DNA of 55,163 nucleotides, the filler included, from Sphacelaria rigidula (taxonomy: Eukaryota): NCBI GenBank assembly GCA_964200075.2. It is 5 parts of 5 records of this genome, joined end to end, with 100 filler letters (N's around TTAATTAATTAA, not from the genome) between each part and the next. Parts side by side here need not be neighbours in the genome. Positions count along the whole stretch, not along the records: positions 1 to 10,953 come from CAXNAA020005625.1; positions 11,054 to 22,006 come from CAXNAA020005626.1; 3 more parts are not named here. The stretch is one strand, 5' to 3'. Within the stretch, counting starts at the first letter, position 1; each line of letters begins with the position of its first letter. This document shows positions 1-11,766 of the stretch, one piece after another. Position numbers and translations under genes: made by a program. Under the pieces are notes generated by a model. It was not told the DNA's origin. It saw nothing but the letters and a program-made list of their open reading frames with translations, and searched no databases.

Positions 1-96
1 TCGTATATTTTTATAAGTCGTATTTTGGATGAGATAAGGGGCTCCTAACAATTCTAATCTCAGAAATTATTTCTCTACCTACCGTAGCATAACTCG
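1..96. mobile_element. Right end of a TIR element/MITE truncated by the contig start
   Basis: 78-96 CCTACCGTAGCATAACTCG is the reverse complement (17/19) of 10882-10900 CGAGCAATGCTACGGTAGG; the internal motif GGGGCTCCTAACRATTCTA occurs at 38-56 and at the contig end. Confidence 0.7.
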
Positions 97-240
97 TCTC
101 TTTAAAGTGCTGACCTTATCCTGCTCTCCTTTTTAGCAGAGGCACCCTCTTCGTCGATGACTGCAGATGTCTACACCGCGCATGTGTATACTCCATGATA
201 CTGTCAGTCGATGAACCCGATCACCATGCTCAACAAGCAG

Positions 241-1245
241 ATATTCGACCCCTGAAACCGTGAGCGCTCACCGGTTCAGGAGTCGGATGTTCGCTTCAGG
301 AACAAAACGTGTAGTGTGGACCTGAGGGTTGTATGAGAGGTGTGTGGGGCTGGGCCCATCGCTAGCTTATCCGTTCAAGGTTCAAATTCAACCGGTAGTC
401 GAGCACCAGGGGACTCGAACCCCTGATGGCTTGTCCTACATGGTAATATTGATCTTTGGACTAGTGATTGCTCACTGGTTTGGAGTTCAGATGCCCGCAC
501 GTGGAACAAAAGGTCGGAGGTTCGCGTGCTGAGATGATGGGCTGGTGATTTGAGCCATGAACGGATTGGTTTGCGAGGGGTGCGTTCCTTAGGGTATCTC
601 TCCTGTAACCATGTCAGGACCAGCCATATGTGTTTCGTCCCTCAGGCGGGCATTTGTCCCTTGAAGCGGTGATTGCTACGGGTTCAAAGGCGATATATCC
701 GTTTGGAGAAAATCCCCAGCGAGCGCTCACCGGTCTAGAGGTCAGATGTTCGCTCGTGGAACAAAAGGTCCGGGTCCGGTTCCTCGCACGATAGACTGGC
801 AGTGGCGGAACTGGCAGCGCAACGTATATGTTATGCAAGCAGACTTTTGACCTCTAAATCCTTGAGTATTCACCGGTTCAGAGGTTACATATTCGCCTGA
901 AGAACAAAAATGTCGCTGCAGCGGACATTCGACCTCTCGACCAGTAGTGACATACTGTATTGGAGGCTAACTGTCCGCCAGGAGCATTCGGTCTCTGAGC
1001 TAGTGAGTCCTCACTGGTTTCAAGGTCGAATGTCGGCTTTTTTTGGTCGAAACATGCGGTGTTCGATCGGGGTGTGATCAATCATCCGTAGAATTTGAAC
1101 CTCGGACAGATAGGCTCGTCAGGAACGTGGCGAAGGAGATCCATTTGTGACCATATCGGAAAATACCATATACCATATATTTTGTTAAACAAGGGGACAT
1201 CTGACCTCTGAACCAGTGAGCGTGCACTAGTTCAGAGTCAAACGA
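241..1245. repeat. Interspersed array of degenerate ~50-bp palindromic units plus a second ~27-bp motif
   Basis: Consensus ~GACATTCGACCTCTGAACCGGTGAGC|GCTCACCGGTTCAGAGGTCGAATGT, often followed by TCGCN5-6GAACAAAA. Copies at ~241-307, 445-511, 716-770, 842-910, 923-946 (half), 984-1034 and 1196-1245. Confidence 0.85.
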
Positions 1246-1351
1246 CCGCTTCAGAAATACACTGCACTTGTGCTTTTACACTGTCGGTCGTTATTCGTGA
1301 TCCATCGCCCTCTTTTGGTTTGCCACGTCGTGTGATGCTGCATTTGTTCAG

Positions 1352-4300
1352 CGTCGGCCAGCGGGCTTTGATCCGCTCTTCGCCTCCGACGGGCCAACAC
1401 GCGAACAAGACATGCAACAGCCCAACCAAGGTGTTGATGTAACCTTGGGGGTAAGGAACGCCACCACCGAAGCATCAAATCCAACAGTGACATCCCCAAA
1501 CGACTCCCCTGTGGGATTATTGTTCCGGACTGCGTACACAGGGTGCAGCAGTCGCGCCTGGGACAGACTGTACCTGTTCTTTGGCCTGCTATGGGCAATG
1601 CTGTGCCCAATCTACTTGGACGGCCTTGTGGTCGCGCTAGAAAGACAACATCTGGCGTGGGTATTGCTGGCCATGTGTGGGCTGGCGATAACGCCACCGA
1701 CGTCGGTTGTGCTCTTCAAGGCCTGCTTCTCTTCAAAACTACGACCGTGCGTTCGGCAGAGCAAGCATTCAGCGGTGAGATGAACACAAAACCAAGTCCT
1801 GATGCCACAGGTAGGCATGCATGTATGCATGCACACACCAGCTACAACAGGTTGGTGTAGCGCATCTTCGTCATGTTTGTTCGGAGCCAGGTCTGACCGA
1901 TGAGTTCTTGGTGGGGGTGGTGTGGGTGATGGTATGCAAGGAAGGTCGTAGAAAGCATGCCTCCCCTCACGTACACATAGTTCCTGCCCTCACATTGGTT
2001 CTTTTCTCCGTGAATCTCGCTTGTTCTTCGTCACGACGCCGTTTTTCTTCCCCCACTACTATCAGGGAGTATTTTTCATCCTCGCGACGAAGTGTATTCC
2101 CGTGGTCGCGATCCCATTCCCCAAACCCGTGTGTGGCAAGACAGTCTGCGGTAAGAAAGTATATCCCGACGACAACAAAAACCCGCAGGAACAGTCCCGC
2201 GGTCAGGGCGTTGATGTTGAAGCACCAAGAGGTGGGATGGACGTAGGATCATACAACCAACACTCTGGGTCGTTGTTTGCGGCGAATTCAAATGAGCAGA
2301 GTGTGTTGCGAAGTGGGCCAGCATTTGGAGGTATTTCGCCGCATGAGGAGGGCACGGTTGCAACGGATAAGGATGCGTACGAGCTGATCAACCAAGCAGG
2401 ATCCGGGTCCAACAATGGCGTCGGACTATCAATGCATAACCTCGAAGAAAAATGGAGATCTCCGGGGCTGGAGCTTGAGCTTCCACCGAGGCACTGGAGA
2501 TGTATCGTGTGCAAGAAGGTAAGAGCTAAACACACTGTAGTGTTGCTACTATTATCACATTCTGTGTGCCTTGTCCAATTTTCAGTTTTCGCGAAGATTC
2601 GAGTCCGGTTGTCCGCTATGCGCTCTGTGCTTTTGTTGTCCTAAGACCATTTATGCATTTAGTGATATGGTCAAACACCCACCCGGTGCGTTGAAACATC
2701 CCGCGTCTCGGAGCCCACTCTCCCATAACGGTAACATTGGGAATGCGGCAAGAGCTTACATCGTCAGCTTACATTGTGGATCTCACGTGACAAGCCTGTG
2801 TCCAAAACCTGTTTCGAGATAGCAAAGCAACTCATTTCACATTCACTGTTCGAAGAGAGGAAGAACTGTCTATGTTCATATACCTGTTTATATATACATA
2901 CCCTCTCAACCCTTCCAGGTGAACGTCTTGCCTGCATCGTGGGACGGCAGGGCCGGCAAAGCACATCACGTGGTCATCAAGCGCAAAGTAGTGGACACGA
3001 AAGCCATGTACGGCCTCTTCAAAACAACGTCAGATGTACCGAAGTGTCACAAGTGCGAAACCCCGTTCAACTACTCCTTCAGGAATGACGCTACCGACAA
3101 CAACAACAACAACAACAACAACAACTTCCACGAAAATACGAATCGACACGCAAATTCCCGGCAAGGACCCAATATTGAAGACCCCCCGTCGTCCTCCTCT
3201 TCTCCCTCATCCTCCTCCTCATCCTTATCCTCGTCCTCCTCCTTCTCTTCCCAACAAAATTCAAGATCAAGCATGGCAACAGGCGTTGGATCTGTCGCGG
3301 AAGAGGCACCACCGCCGGGAGCGACGACCCCCGCCGCCGCCGCTTTGACGACGAGCTACAAAGGCCCTACCAGCGGAGGCGGTCTGTCATTGATGACGCC
3401 ATCTATCTCTCTCAGACGACGAGTCAAGCGATGGATCCGAAGGTTAAAACAACAGTACCGAGCATTCGCAGGGGGGGTAGGTGGTGCGGGACAACAAGAT
3501 TTAGAACTGTGGTATGGGCGGGAATTCCAGCGTCAGCTCAAGACATTCTTCAAGCCCGAGCTGCCCAGACCGGTGCTGCTACATGGACAAAGCAGACGCT
3601 ACCCTGTAGGTGCGAGAGTAGCTTGCTTCGCTGGAAAAGAGGCATGGTATCCGGGAACGATCGAAGCCAGTCGCGAGAATAATACGTACGACGTGCGGTA
3701 CGACAACGGCGACATCGCTCAGCACGTGTTTCCCCATATGGTGCGCTTCGAACCCACTCGTAGCGGAGACTCCCGCCTCGTTTGCTTTTTTTACGGATTG
3801 GCACTTGTCGCCGCCGTGGTTTGGCCCATGACAGGTTTTTACTATTGGTCAGCAATATCAACAGCAACAGCAACAGCAACAGCAACAACAGCATCAACAT
3901 CAACAACATCAACAAGCGATGAGCAAACCCTGGATTTCGATCGGGGTGCCGTGGTTGCCGTCCCGGCATTTGCGTTGGGTGTGGTCGGAGTCGTCGGTGT
4001 GACAGTCCAGTTCTGGACGATTTACGATGGGAATAGATCGGCGGGCGTTTGGGTCACCGCTCGCTACGCCGGCATGATTGCGGCAACGCCCGCAGCGCTT
4101 GCCTTGGTTGGCGGGAGCGCTTTGGTCAAGGCGGCGAACCCATCCACATCGGGGACCTGGATTGAGGTGCGGCGGCGGTTGGTGACCGTGATTCTCGTGA
4201 AGATGCGATGTTGCTGTTCAGAGAAATGACTCAATGCAGGTCTGAAAACTTCTCCATTGATGACAGTTCCACATGTGCTGGTCCACTCACTTGAAACACC

Positions 4301-4959
4301 CAACTAACCTCCATACTCCTACCCCCGCCCTGTTCTCCCAAATACACACCCACCCAAAACACACACTTGACCACAGTTGTTTTTCCGCGCCCCTACCTTC
4401 CCGTAACTACGCACGTTTCCCTAAGCAGATGCTATTTCTGCCGGCATTACTCCTTACTTTGACCGGCGGCGGCTACGCCCACGCCGTCGCACCCGCGTAC
4501 GGCAAGGCCTGGACCGCGGCGTCCCTACCCTGGCTCATTTTTCTACTCCTCGTCTGCCTCCGCTTAGACGGAGAAGGCGGAGATTCCAGCCCCGCATTTG
4601 GACGCATGAGATGGCTGGGTGTCTTCTTTCCACTCTGGATTCTGTTGTGCATGATTATCGCTGCGCACCACGTCCTGCCGCTAGTGTGGGACGTGGAGGG
4701 GTGCCCGGAGCCTGCGAACTTGCCGCCATGGTTGATTAGACTGGGTGGTGTGATCAAGGGACGTCAATCGGCGATGGAATCCAGGATCCGTGAAGCGATG
4801 AAGAAGAAGAAACAAGCACTCTTTAAGGAGGACGGCGGTGGTCGGGGTGATGCTGCAGCATTGGTGGTTAAGAAGGAGGATGGGAGAGAAGAAGAGAACA
4901 GGGATCACGAGGGAGGGGAGGGCGCGGGGGGGGAAGAGACGAACGAGAAAAATGCCTAA
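1352..4959 (+). CDS. Spliced gene (5' incomplete): multi-pass membrane protein with RanBP2-like C4 zinc finger, Tudor/Agenet-like domain and TMEM185/FAM11-like repeat. Exons 1352-1774, 2066-2518, 2919-4166, 4429-4959
   Basis: All junctions are GT-AG and phase 0, giving one continuous frame. Motifs: WRCIVCKK|VN...PKCHKCETP; YPVGARVACFAGKEAWYPGTIEASRENNTYDVRYDNGD; FLLLVCLRLDG...WLGVFFPLWI; several hydrophobic helices; TAA at 4957-4959. Confidence 0.8.
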
Positions 4960-6790
4960 CTAGTGTTGTGCTCCTCTTCGCCGCCCCTGTGTCTCACTCT
5001 ACTCTGGCTCTCGACCTTTTGGCACTTGTATTTAATGTCGCCCAGGCGTTCGTTTGTCCACCAGTAGAGGTAACTAGACGTTTTCGCTCAAAGGGATCCA
5101 TTCTTCCATTGTGGATGTACTTTGCTATGTGCAAAAGCCCAAGCGGTGCGTGCAGTTCCATTTCGGAGTTGATGGGGGACGCAGCACTCTCTGCAAGACC
5201 GTTCGCAACTGCTCGGTCCCAGTACGTTCAATCTGATCACTCACTTACCGACGAAATAAAGAAGATGTACAGCTAGTTTTTCCATTTGCTTCCTTTTTGC
5301 GGTGCCCTACAAACGGAGCAGCACACAAAAACAATACTGAAAATACAGGAGAATGCCAAGTCGCCGTATATGCCACCATCCTCCGACACACCTGAAGCGG
5401 AAACCCGGGTCACGTTAAAAGTGCACCCATATGCCACTCAGCACACCAATGCTGGGCCAACTATATCAAACACACAGGCCGAAGCCACAACAAACACACT
5501 AAAAAGAAGACTCGCCTCTCGCTCAAATTGCGTGAACAGGCAGACAAGAGTCAAGCGATCCCCTCCCGTCACACCCTCAACTCCTCTGGAGCATTAGAGT
5601 TACCCATAACCGTGCTCAACTGCACTACTCGTTGCAAGGGCGCGGTACGACTGAAGACAATTCGCGGAGTGGCGTCCACCCTGCCTGCACGGTCAAGTAT
5701 CTATGAAAACAATCGGTCTGCACCTAAGAGGGCCGATTCCCACCGTGTCAGACAAACTAGAAAATAGCAAGAACACTACAAAATCATGACCGAGATGACC
5801 AAAGCCACCTACCGGTAGCCGTTAAAGCGATTCCTACCTACCCAAAAAAAAAGTCTACCGATGGAATGGGCCTCTGTTGCCATCGCTACCAAGCGACGGC
5901 TGTCGAGATGGCTAGCCTCTCAAATCCAGCGCTCTGCGACAGCGTTCGTTCTGCATTCCCCCGCCGGAGCAGTGAGAGTCAACACATGGGTCTGTTCCAC
6001 ATTCGACCATCATCGTGCATGTGGCAACCGCAGATTCAATCAGCAACGAGTGATGGGCAAGCGATTGCCCAATCCGCTGCCAATTCGCGTGTTTGTCTCT
6101 CCAAATTTCGTGATCTTGACTTGCAATAAACACGCAATGAAACAGAAAAAAAAATTAGTAAAAACAACACGAAAATAATAACGCACACAGGCAACCGAAT
6201 CAAGAAAAGAAGTCTGATGAGCAACGTGTCAACAGCAAAAACGTGTGTGCAATGCAGCCGTATATCCCCTTCCGTCCCGGCCGCAACGCAATGTTGGCTC
6301 TCAACTTAGCGCAAGCGTGCGCGGGCTTGAATGGCGCCGTGCTCGTCCCCTGCACATTGAAGATGACTGCGATCGTAGAAGTTCTTGGTGTGGTTTATGG
6401 GACCGAATTCGGGCGCCAGCGGGCGTTGACTCCATACCAGACTGCCGATATCTTGGGCCATGGTCCGATATGGACCCATGCGTTTTTCGTTTTTCTGTGA
6501 AATGCGGGTGAGACAGCCAAGGTGTCAACTTGGTGAGCATGTTGTCTGGCGTGCCAATCAGTTGCATCTGGGCGCTGGACATACCGGTAATCGGCAAATG
6601 ACATACTCCCTAGGCAAGCGAGATTTTTTTCAGTAGCACTGGATTGACGATACTTGCAGATCGTGAGTGGGTAATATACAAATCAGTGACCGGGTAATTA
6701 TGTCCCTTTGGTCTGTAGCAGTACCCCATGGTGCTCGCCGTGATTTCTTCAATATGCACCCCGATGGTCTAACCAGTATATCGTAAAACT

Positions 6791-7204
6791 TAGAGCTCGG
6801 AAATGGTTTGTCTAACCATCAACCAGTTGAATGGTTACGCGTAGCGTACTCATTAACCAGTTAAATGGTAAATGATGGTTTGGTCATCGAGCGGCGCAGC
6901 CGCGAGCCAAAAAAACACCTCGGCAGAGGGACCCCCGCCGGAGGCGCCCCCGGAGGATCCTACTGAAGGCGCCATGCGGGAGGCACGTTCTCACGTGATT
7001 TGGCTTCACTAGAGCTGAAAAAACGTGAAATTCGGGCCAATTTTCAAGAGCTGCATGTACCATACGTAGCCAGTAAGGATTTATAAAGCCGGTAAGGGTA
7101 AATAATGGTTTGAAACCATTATCCCAAATTTTCATATAACCATTACCATTATTACAATTATAATGATAATGGCCAGTTATAACTGGTACCATTTCCGGGC
7201 TCTA
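6791..7204. mobile_element. hAT-type MITE
   Basis: TIR TAGAGCTCGGAAATGGT / ACCATTTCCGGGCTCTA; 8-bp TSD GTAAAACT / GAAAAACT; a second copy lies at 27885-28695. Confidence 0.88.
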
Positions 7205-7229
7205 GAAAAACTGGTTAGGATGGAGCAGG

Positions 7230-7880
7230 GGGCTTCGATTCTAAACAGACACTATGATGTGTGTTTTTTCCCATAAACGGGAATCTCATTTTTGTCGTTG
7301 AAAGCATAAGGATGAGAGTATAGCAGAGAAAATACGATGCAAGTGGACGCGATGCGGGAGTGCTGATGTAGTTCGCGATACCAACATGTCAGACATGTAA
7401 CGGCGAAGAAATGGTAGCAAAAAACAGTTGGCCAAAGTTGATGCGGTGAGGGGGCGTTGATCTAATCCACGATAACAGCATGACAGGTATGCACTGTGGG
7501 GAAAATGGGCCGACACCTTGACACCACGGGCTTATCCCGGGGAAAAGGACCGGGCCAATGCTCGTACTGTGATGAGAGCCAGGAACACACCGGCACACCA
7601 ATAATTCGTCTTCTTAGTTCTTTCCTCCATCTCACTTTCAACGTTTCCCCTTCCTCGTGACGAGTCCGTGGTCTCAAGGGACCAGCTCATCTCTCCCTTG
7701 GTACACACGCCTCACAATTTGCCATCGCGGGTTAGATCAGCACTCCCCCACAGCGTTTTCTATCGCCGAATACTCTATATGCTTGTCGATCACGTTCTCC
7801 TCGCCTTTTCAACGACCGAAATTAGGTATTTTATCGGACAAAAAAAACCGAATGCATTGATAGGCCGAGGAATCGAAGCC
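7230..7880. repeat. Old, diverged inverted-repeat (foldback-like) element
   Basis: 7443-7530 is a degenerate reverse complement of 7666-7755 (e.g. CCTTGACACCACGG / CCGTGGTCTCAAGG); outer CTTCGATTC / GAATCGAAG. Confidence 0.55.
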
Positions 7881-7964
7881 GCGTTCTTCCGATCGATTGG
7901 CTTTCAGCCGTAAAACTTTAATTTAGACCGCCGGGGCGCGCGGCTGCAAGTACGTACTACCGCT

Positions 7965-8213
7965 GACTAATGCCGCGATAACCTCCCCACGAAAAGTGCA
8001 TCGGAGACCGTCCGACAAACCGGCTGAGATCTCACTATTGGGCTCGTTTGCAGAAATTCCACCCACATGAGAGGCGTGCAGCAGCCCAAAATCAGCTATA
8101 ACGCCCAAATGAGTCGCGTCGTGCAGCACAATACCAGCTCTCACGGCATTTATGATAATCGCCTCCGTGCACGTTTTTGGCGGTTCGGGGGGGAGGCTAT
8201 CTCGGCAGCAGTC
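7965..8213. mobile_element. ~250-bp MITE (GAC...GTC termini, 4-bp TSD)
   Basis: TIR GACTAATGCCGCGATAACCTCCCC / GGGGAGGCTATCTCGGCAGCAGTC; TSD CGCT/CGCT; homologous copy at 37128-37380. Confidence 0.88.
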
Positions 8214-8958
8214 CGCTATACCCCCTAGGTGGTCTTGGCAAACCAACCGCCGGTTAACCCTCTTGGAACCGTTGATGGAAAAATGATGATTTACATTTGA
8301 CGTTTTCTTGGGCAAGGTACCGTTCTTTTTCTGCAACTACTGTTGGTGATGCAGCCCGCCAAAACGGTGCACCACTCTAAGTTCAAGTATGCTGATGTGA
8401 CAGATTCGTGCACCGAATTCGAAGTGACGTTTTCCCGGTGACGAAAGAGTGGCATATGGGAGTTTGTACTGTTTTTTACGAGTTCCAAAAAAGGGTTAAA
8501 AGGCGCAAGAATTCGTGTGTGAATCCCGACAGATACGGTAGTACTGTCGAGCACAGTCTGGGTTTCGCCGTCGTTAAAAACAAGAGGGCGTGAGTAGCGA
8601 AGAAAGTTCGATGGCAGACAACGTGGTGAGGAAGTGTTAATTCAACCCGAGATACGAAAAATGTGAGGCTTGTAACGGGTGGGGGCTGGCTCGATCCCCT
8701 GACGTTGCGGACTCGTCCCGAGGAAGGGTGTGCGTTCAAGGTATGACACATCAAATGTGTGTGTGTGTATATATATGTATATATATATATCTGAGTAACA
8801 ACACTATGGCAATGTTCTCACGACCTCAGGAAGGATGCCGCCGGTTCTTTTTCGAGAAGTTATGACACGATGTCAAGAACATGCTCTCCACATTGAGTCG
8901 TGCGCGTTGTTCGGCTGTACGTGGTACTGCAGGGGGAAAGAGGTACGCCCGTACTCAC

Positions 8959-9127
8959 CGTTTGAAACTCGTAAAATGAGTCGTGTTTCCTCCTGGGGTT
9001 GAACTCGTTCTCCAACGTGCGGCCGATATCGTACAGGTATTCGATTTCCGTCTTGCCCTCGACGAACGCGCGATTCATATCATGCTTGTCCTTTGCCTGG
9101 GCCAACAACTCCTGCTCTTTCTGCATC
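8959..9127 (-). CDS. Isolated coding exon of an unidentified minus-strand gene
   Basis: TTTTGTGTTGAG acceptor and strong GTGAGT donor; protein-like translation MQKEQELLAQAKDKHDMNRAFVEGKTEIEYLYDIGRTLENEFNPRRKHDSFYEFQT; partner exons not resolved. Confidence 0.5.
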
Positions 9128-9650
9128 CTCAACACAAAACATGACGCCATCCGTACAAGCGAGCGTTTACGTGAGACTATTATGCATGCGGCACGCAATT
9201 TTTTCGTCTCTTGGCGTTCCGAGGCGACTCTCCAACACGCGTGAATACCGACTGGCTCACCGAACAATGTTGGTCACAAGAACTAAGTTTGGACCGCAAG
9301 CTCGAGAAAAGGAAAGTATTGTGCCATTCCGAGAATTATAGTGTTCGAGACTGCACCTCTCATATTACACCGTGCGGCGTACTGATGATAAGACAAGCCA
9401 CGGTACGGATGCGCACCATATTTCTCCACCTTCGAATTGTTGGGAACTCGTCATCTCATCATCGAAAAAACAACTTGGGACATATGTGAGAGCACGCCAC
9501 GGTTAAAGTTCCAATGGGACAGGAATGCCTCGAATGGGTTCCCAAAGGGGGATATCCTGACCCATACTCTTGCGTAGCCCCTAAGCTTAGGAGTCCCTCA
9601 GTGAGAAGCATCTGGAACCGAATACTCAACCCCTACCGTGGCATGACCCC

Positions 9651-9700
<50 letters not shown>

Positions 9701-10140
9701 GTCGCACATCAACTGATTCTCAAGGGTCTCAGCCACGACGGTCGCAAGATGGATGCAGTCAAGGTAAACAAAATGGAAACTTGCGCTGAAGAAAAACATC
9801 CTTGCGCTGAAGAAAAAAAAGAACAAATGTGTAGAATAAACAACAGGACTACAGTACACTAAAAAGCAAAAAGCAAGAAGCAAGAACAAAAAAAGCACGC
9901 ACACATAAACTAGACAAAAGACGAAAAATACTAAAAGCTAAGCAGGAAGAGAATCAATAGGAGCGGGAGAGAACTTCAAAAAGTGAGGTAAAATAATGAA
10001 ACAATCTAAACAGCGAAATAAACCCAGAAATGGGCGGCGCCTGAACCATGGCTTCAGGGGGAAAAGAGGTCGTGCGCATAAAGCACATGTACCCATACGC
10101 GAAAAAACAAGAAAGCCGTGGCAATGAACTGTATTTCATC
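9651..10140 (-). mobile_element. Probable non-LTR retroposon 3' end with (TCAA)n tail
   Basis: (TTGA)12 at 9651-9698 next to a T-rich (minus strand) UTR-like tract; simple-repeat tails are typical of LINE/SINE 3' ends; the boundary at 10140 is approximate. Confidence 0.45.
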
Positions 10141-10881
10141 TGTTTCGCATCATGCTATTTGGGCATGAGCTCTCACCCATGATCCCTACGGAAGCACGGC
10201 ACCAAACTGCTACTGGGTAACACTGGGGACAAAAGAGTGGTCCCGGAGGAGGAGGGGGGGGCTGTCGAGAGTCCTGGAGAAGATAGGATACCTCAGACTA
10301 TGCATAGGAAACGCTGACCTTCTATAACCTGTGCCAACGCCAGAAACAATCTTGACTCAGCAGCGAAAAGCCAGAACCCAAAGTAGAGTGCCCAGAAACA
10401 CTCTCTCCGAAGAGCATTACCTTTTCGTCCCGAGAAGCATTAATCGTTCGGTGCTCCTTCAAGAGCGTTTCTCTGAGTGAAGAGAAAAAGAAGAGGAAAC
10501 GGGGGAGTCGGCCAAACGGGAAATCACAACCCGATCAGGTTGCTGCAGTAAATATGTGAACAGATGAGCATACATAATTGCCTGCTGCACACACTCGGAG
10601 CACATTGCAAACTTTAAACGCGGGGTACACCGTTAGCTACCAAACACAGACAGCAGCCCCTCTCCATTTCTTCAATTATCGTCGGACTCACCCCGCTTTC
10701 TCCTACCGGCGTATAGTACATGTACTGCCGACATGGTGAAGCGGCTGGATGTAAGGCATCTACTGTATCTCCAGTACCGCTTACTTTACCCCTACACTAA
10801 ATAGAGCATACTCTTCCTTGACCGTCTACCCAGTATCTCGTCCTCCTCTCCCCCTGTCTCTCCCTTTCTCCCTTTATCTAT

Positions 10882-10953
10882 CGAGCAATGCTACGGTAGG
10901 GGTGCACTTTTTTCGCGAAATTTTGTCTGGTTCAGGGGCTCCTAACGATTCTA
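10882..10953. mobile_element. Left end of the same TIR family as 1-96, truncated by the contig end
   Basis: TIR CGAGCAATGCTACGGTAGG plus the shared internal motif AGGGGCTCCTAACGATTCTA. Confidence 0.7.
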
Positions 10954-11053
10954 NNNNNNNNNNNNNNNNNNNNNNNNNNNNNNNNNNNNNNNNNNNNTTA
11001 ATTAATTAANNNNNNNNNNNNNNNNNNNNNNNNNNNNNNNNNNNNNNNNNNNN
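10954..11053. other. Artificial contig linker (N44-TTAATTAATTAA-N44)
   Basis: 100-bp spacer with stops in all six frames; identical to the other three linkers. Confidence 0.98.
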
Positions 11054-11766
11054 TTACAAAATGGAAGGCTGGAATAAGGTGGGATAGAGAAGTCGAGAAA
11101 GTGTGGAAGGAGATAGGAGGAAACCAAGACGAAATACTGTCCATAGGTGAAGACGCGGGGTATGAGGCAAAAATAAGAGATATGATTGAAATCAGGAAAA
11201 AGGGAGCGCTCACACGCATGGTAGACGAGGAAGAACACCTGGAGATACACGGGTATTTAAGAGAATGGATGAGACTGAAAGCATATTTGCATGGCCCAAT
11301 GGACGCTGCGAAAAATATGAAACTGCGATTTCGGGTGGGGGACCTGGACCTCCCAGAAAGAAGAAAGAAATGTACCAGTAGTCGAAAGGAGGAAAAAGTA
11401 GATGAGCAGAACTGCCTCTGTGGCAAAGGAATAGAGAGCAGAAGTCATATAGTAGCAGAATATGAAGGATACAAAGAGGAACGGGGCGTGCTAGAGGGGG
11501 AAATGCGGGATGTGAACGAAAGTGACATGAAATCGTCTGATGCATTAGACAGTGGGGAGAAAACCATGGCTACACTAGGAGATAGATGGTGGCCAGAGAC
11601 GGCAAAACAGGACGGGGATAAGAGATGTAAAAGGTTTTTGTGCAATATATGGAAGAAATGTAATGAGCACCGGAAAGTTGAAAGTGTCTCTATTAGGAAT
11701 GGGAACGGTGCTCCGTCTCGAAAGAGATGCGTGGTCAATGGTCAAACGACTGAGACACGCAACTAA
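11054..11766 (+). mobile_element. C-terminal fragment of a LINE ORF2 (post-RT zinc-knuckle region)
   Basis: Purine-rich ORF with KLRFRVGDLDL...CLCGKGIESRSHIVAEY (degenerate C-x-C-x7-H-x4-C), typical of non-LTR ORF2 C-termini. Confidence 0.7.

Noticed and set aside
241-1245. CRISPR array
   Set aside because: Units are too degenerate and irregularly spaced, there are no cas genes, and the context is eukaryotic
4990-5195. Terminal exon of the minus-strand gene that includes 8959-9127
   Set aside because: An open frame exists but phase and intermediate exons cannot be established
6755-7245. tRNA-like SINE head split by the hAT MITE (TGGTCTAA...GGTTAGGAT...CTTCGATTC)
   Set aside because: Box matches are too short and no second copy is present to confirm
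10998-11009. TTAATTAATTAA as a biological motif recurring every ~11,053 bp
   Set aside because: Synthetic six-frame-stop linker embedded in Ns
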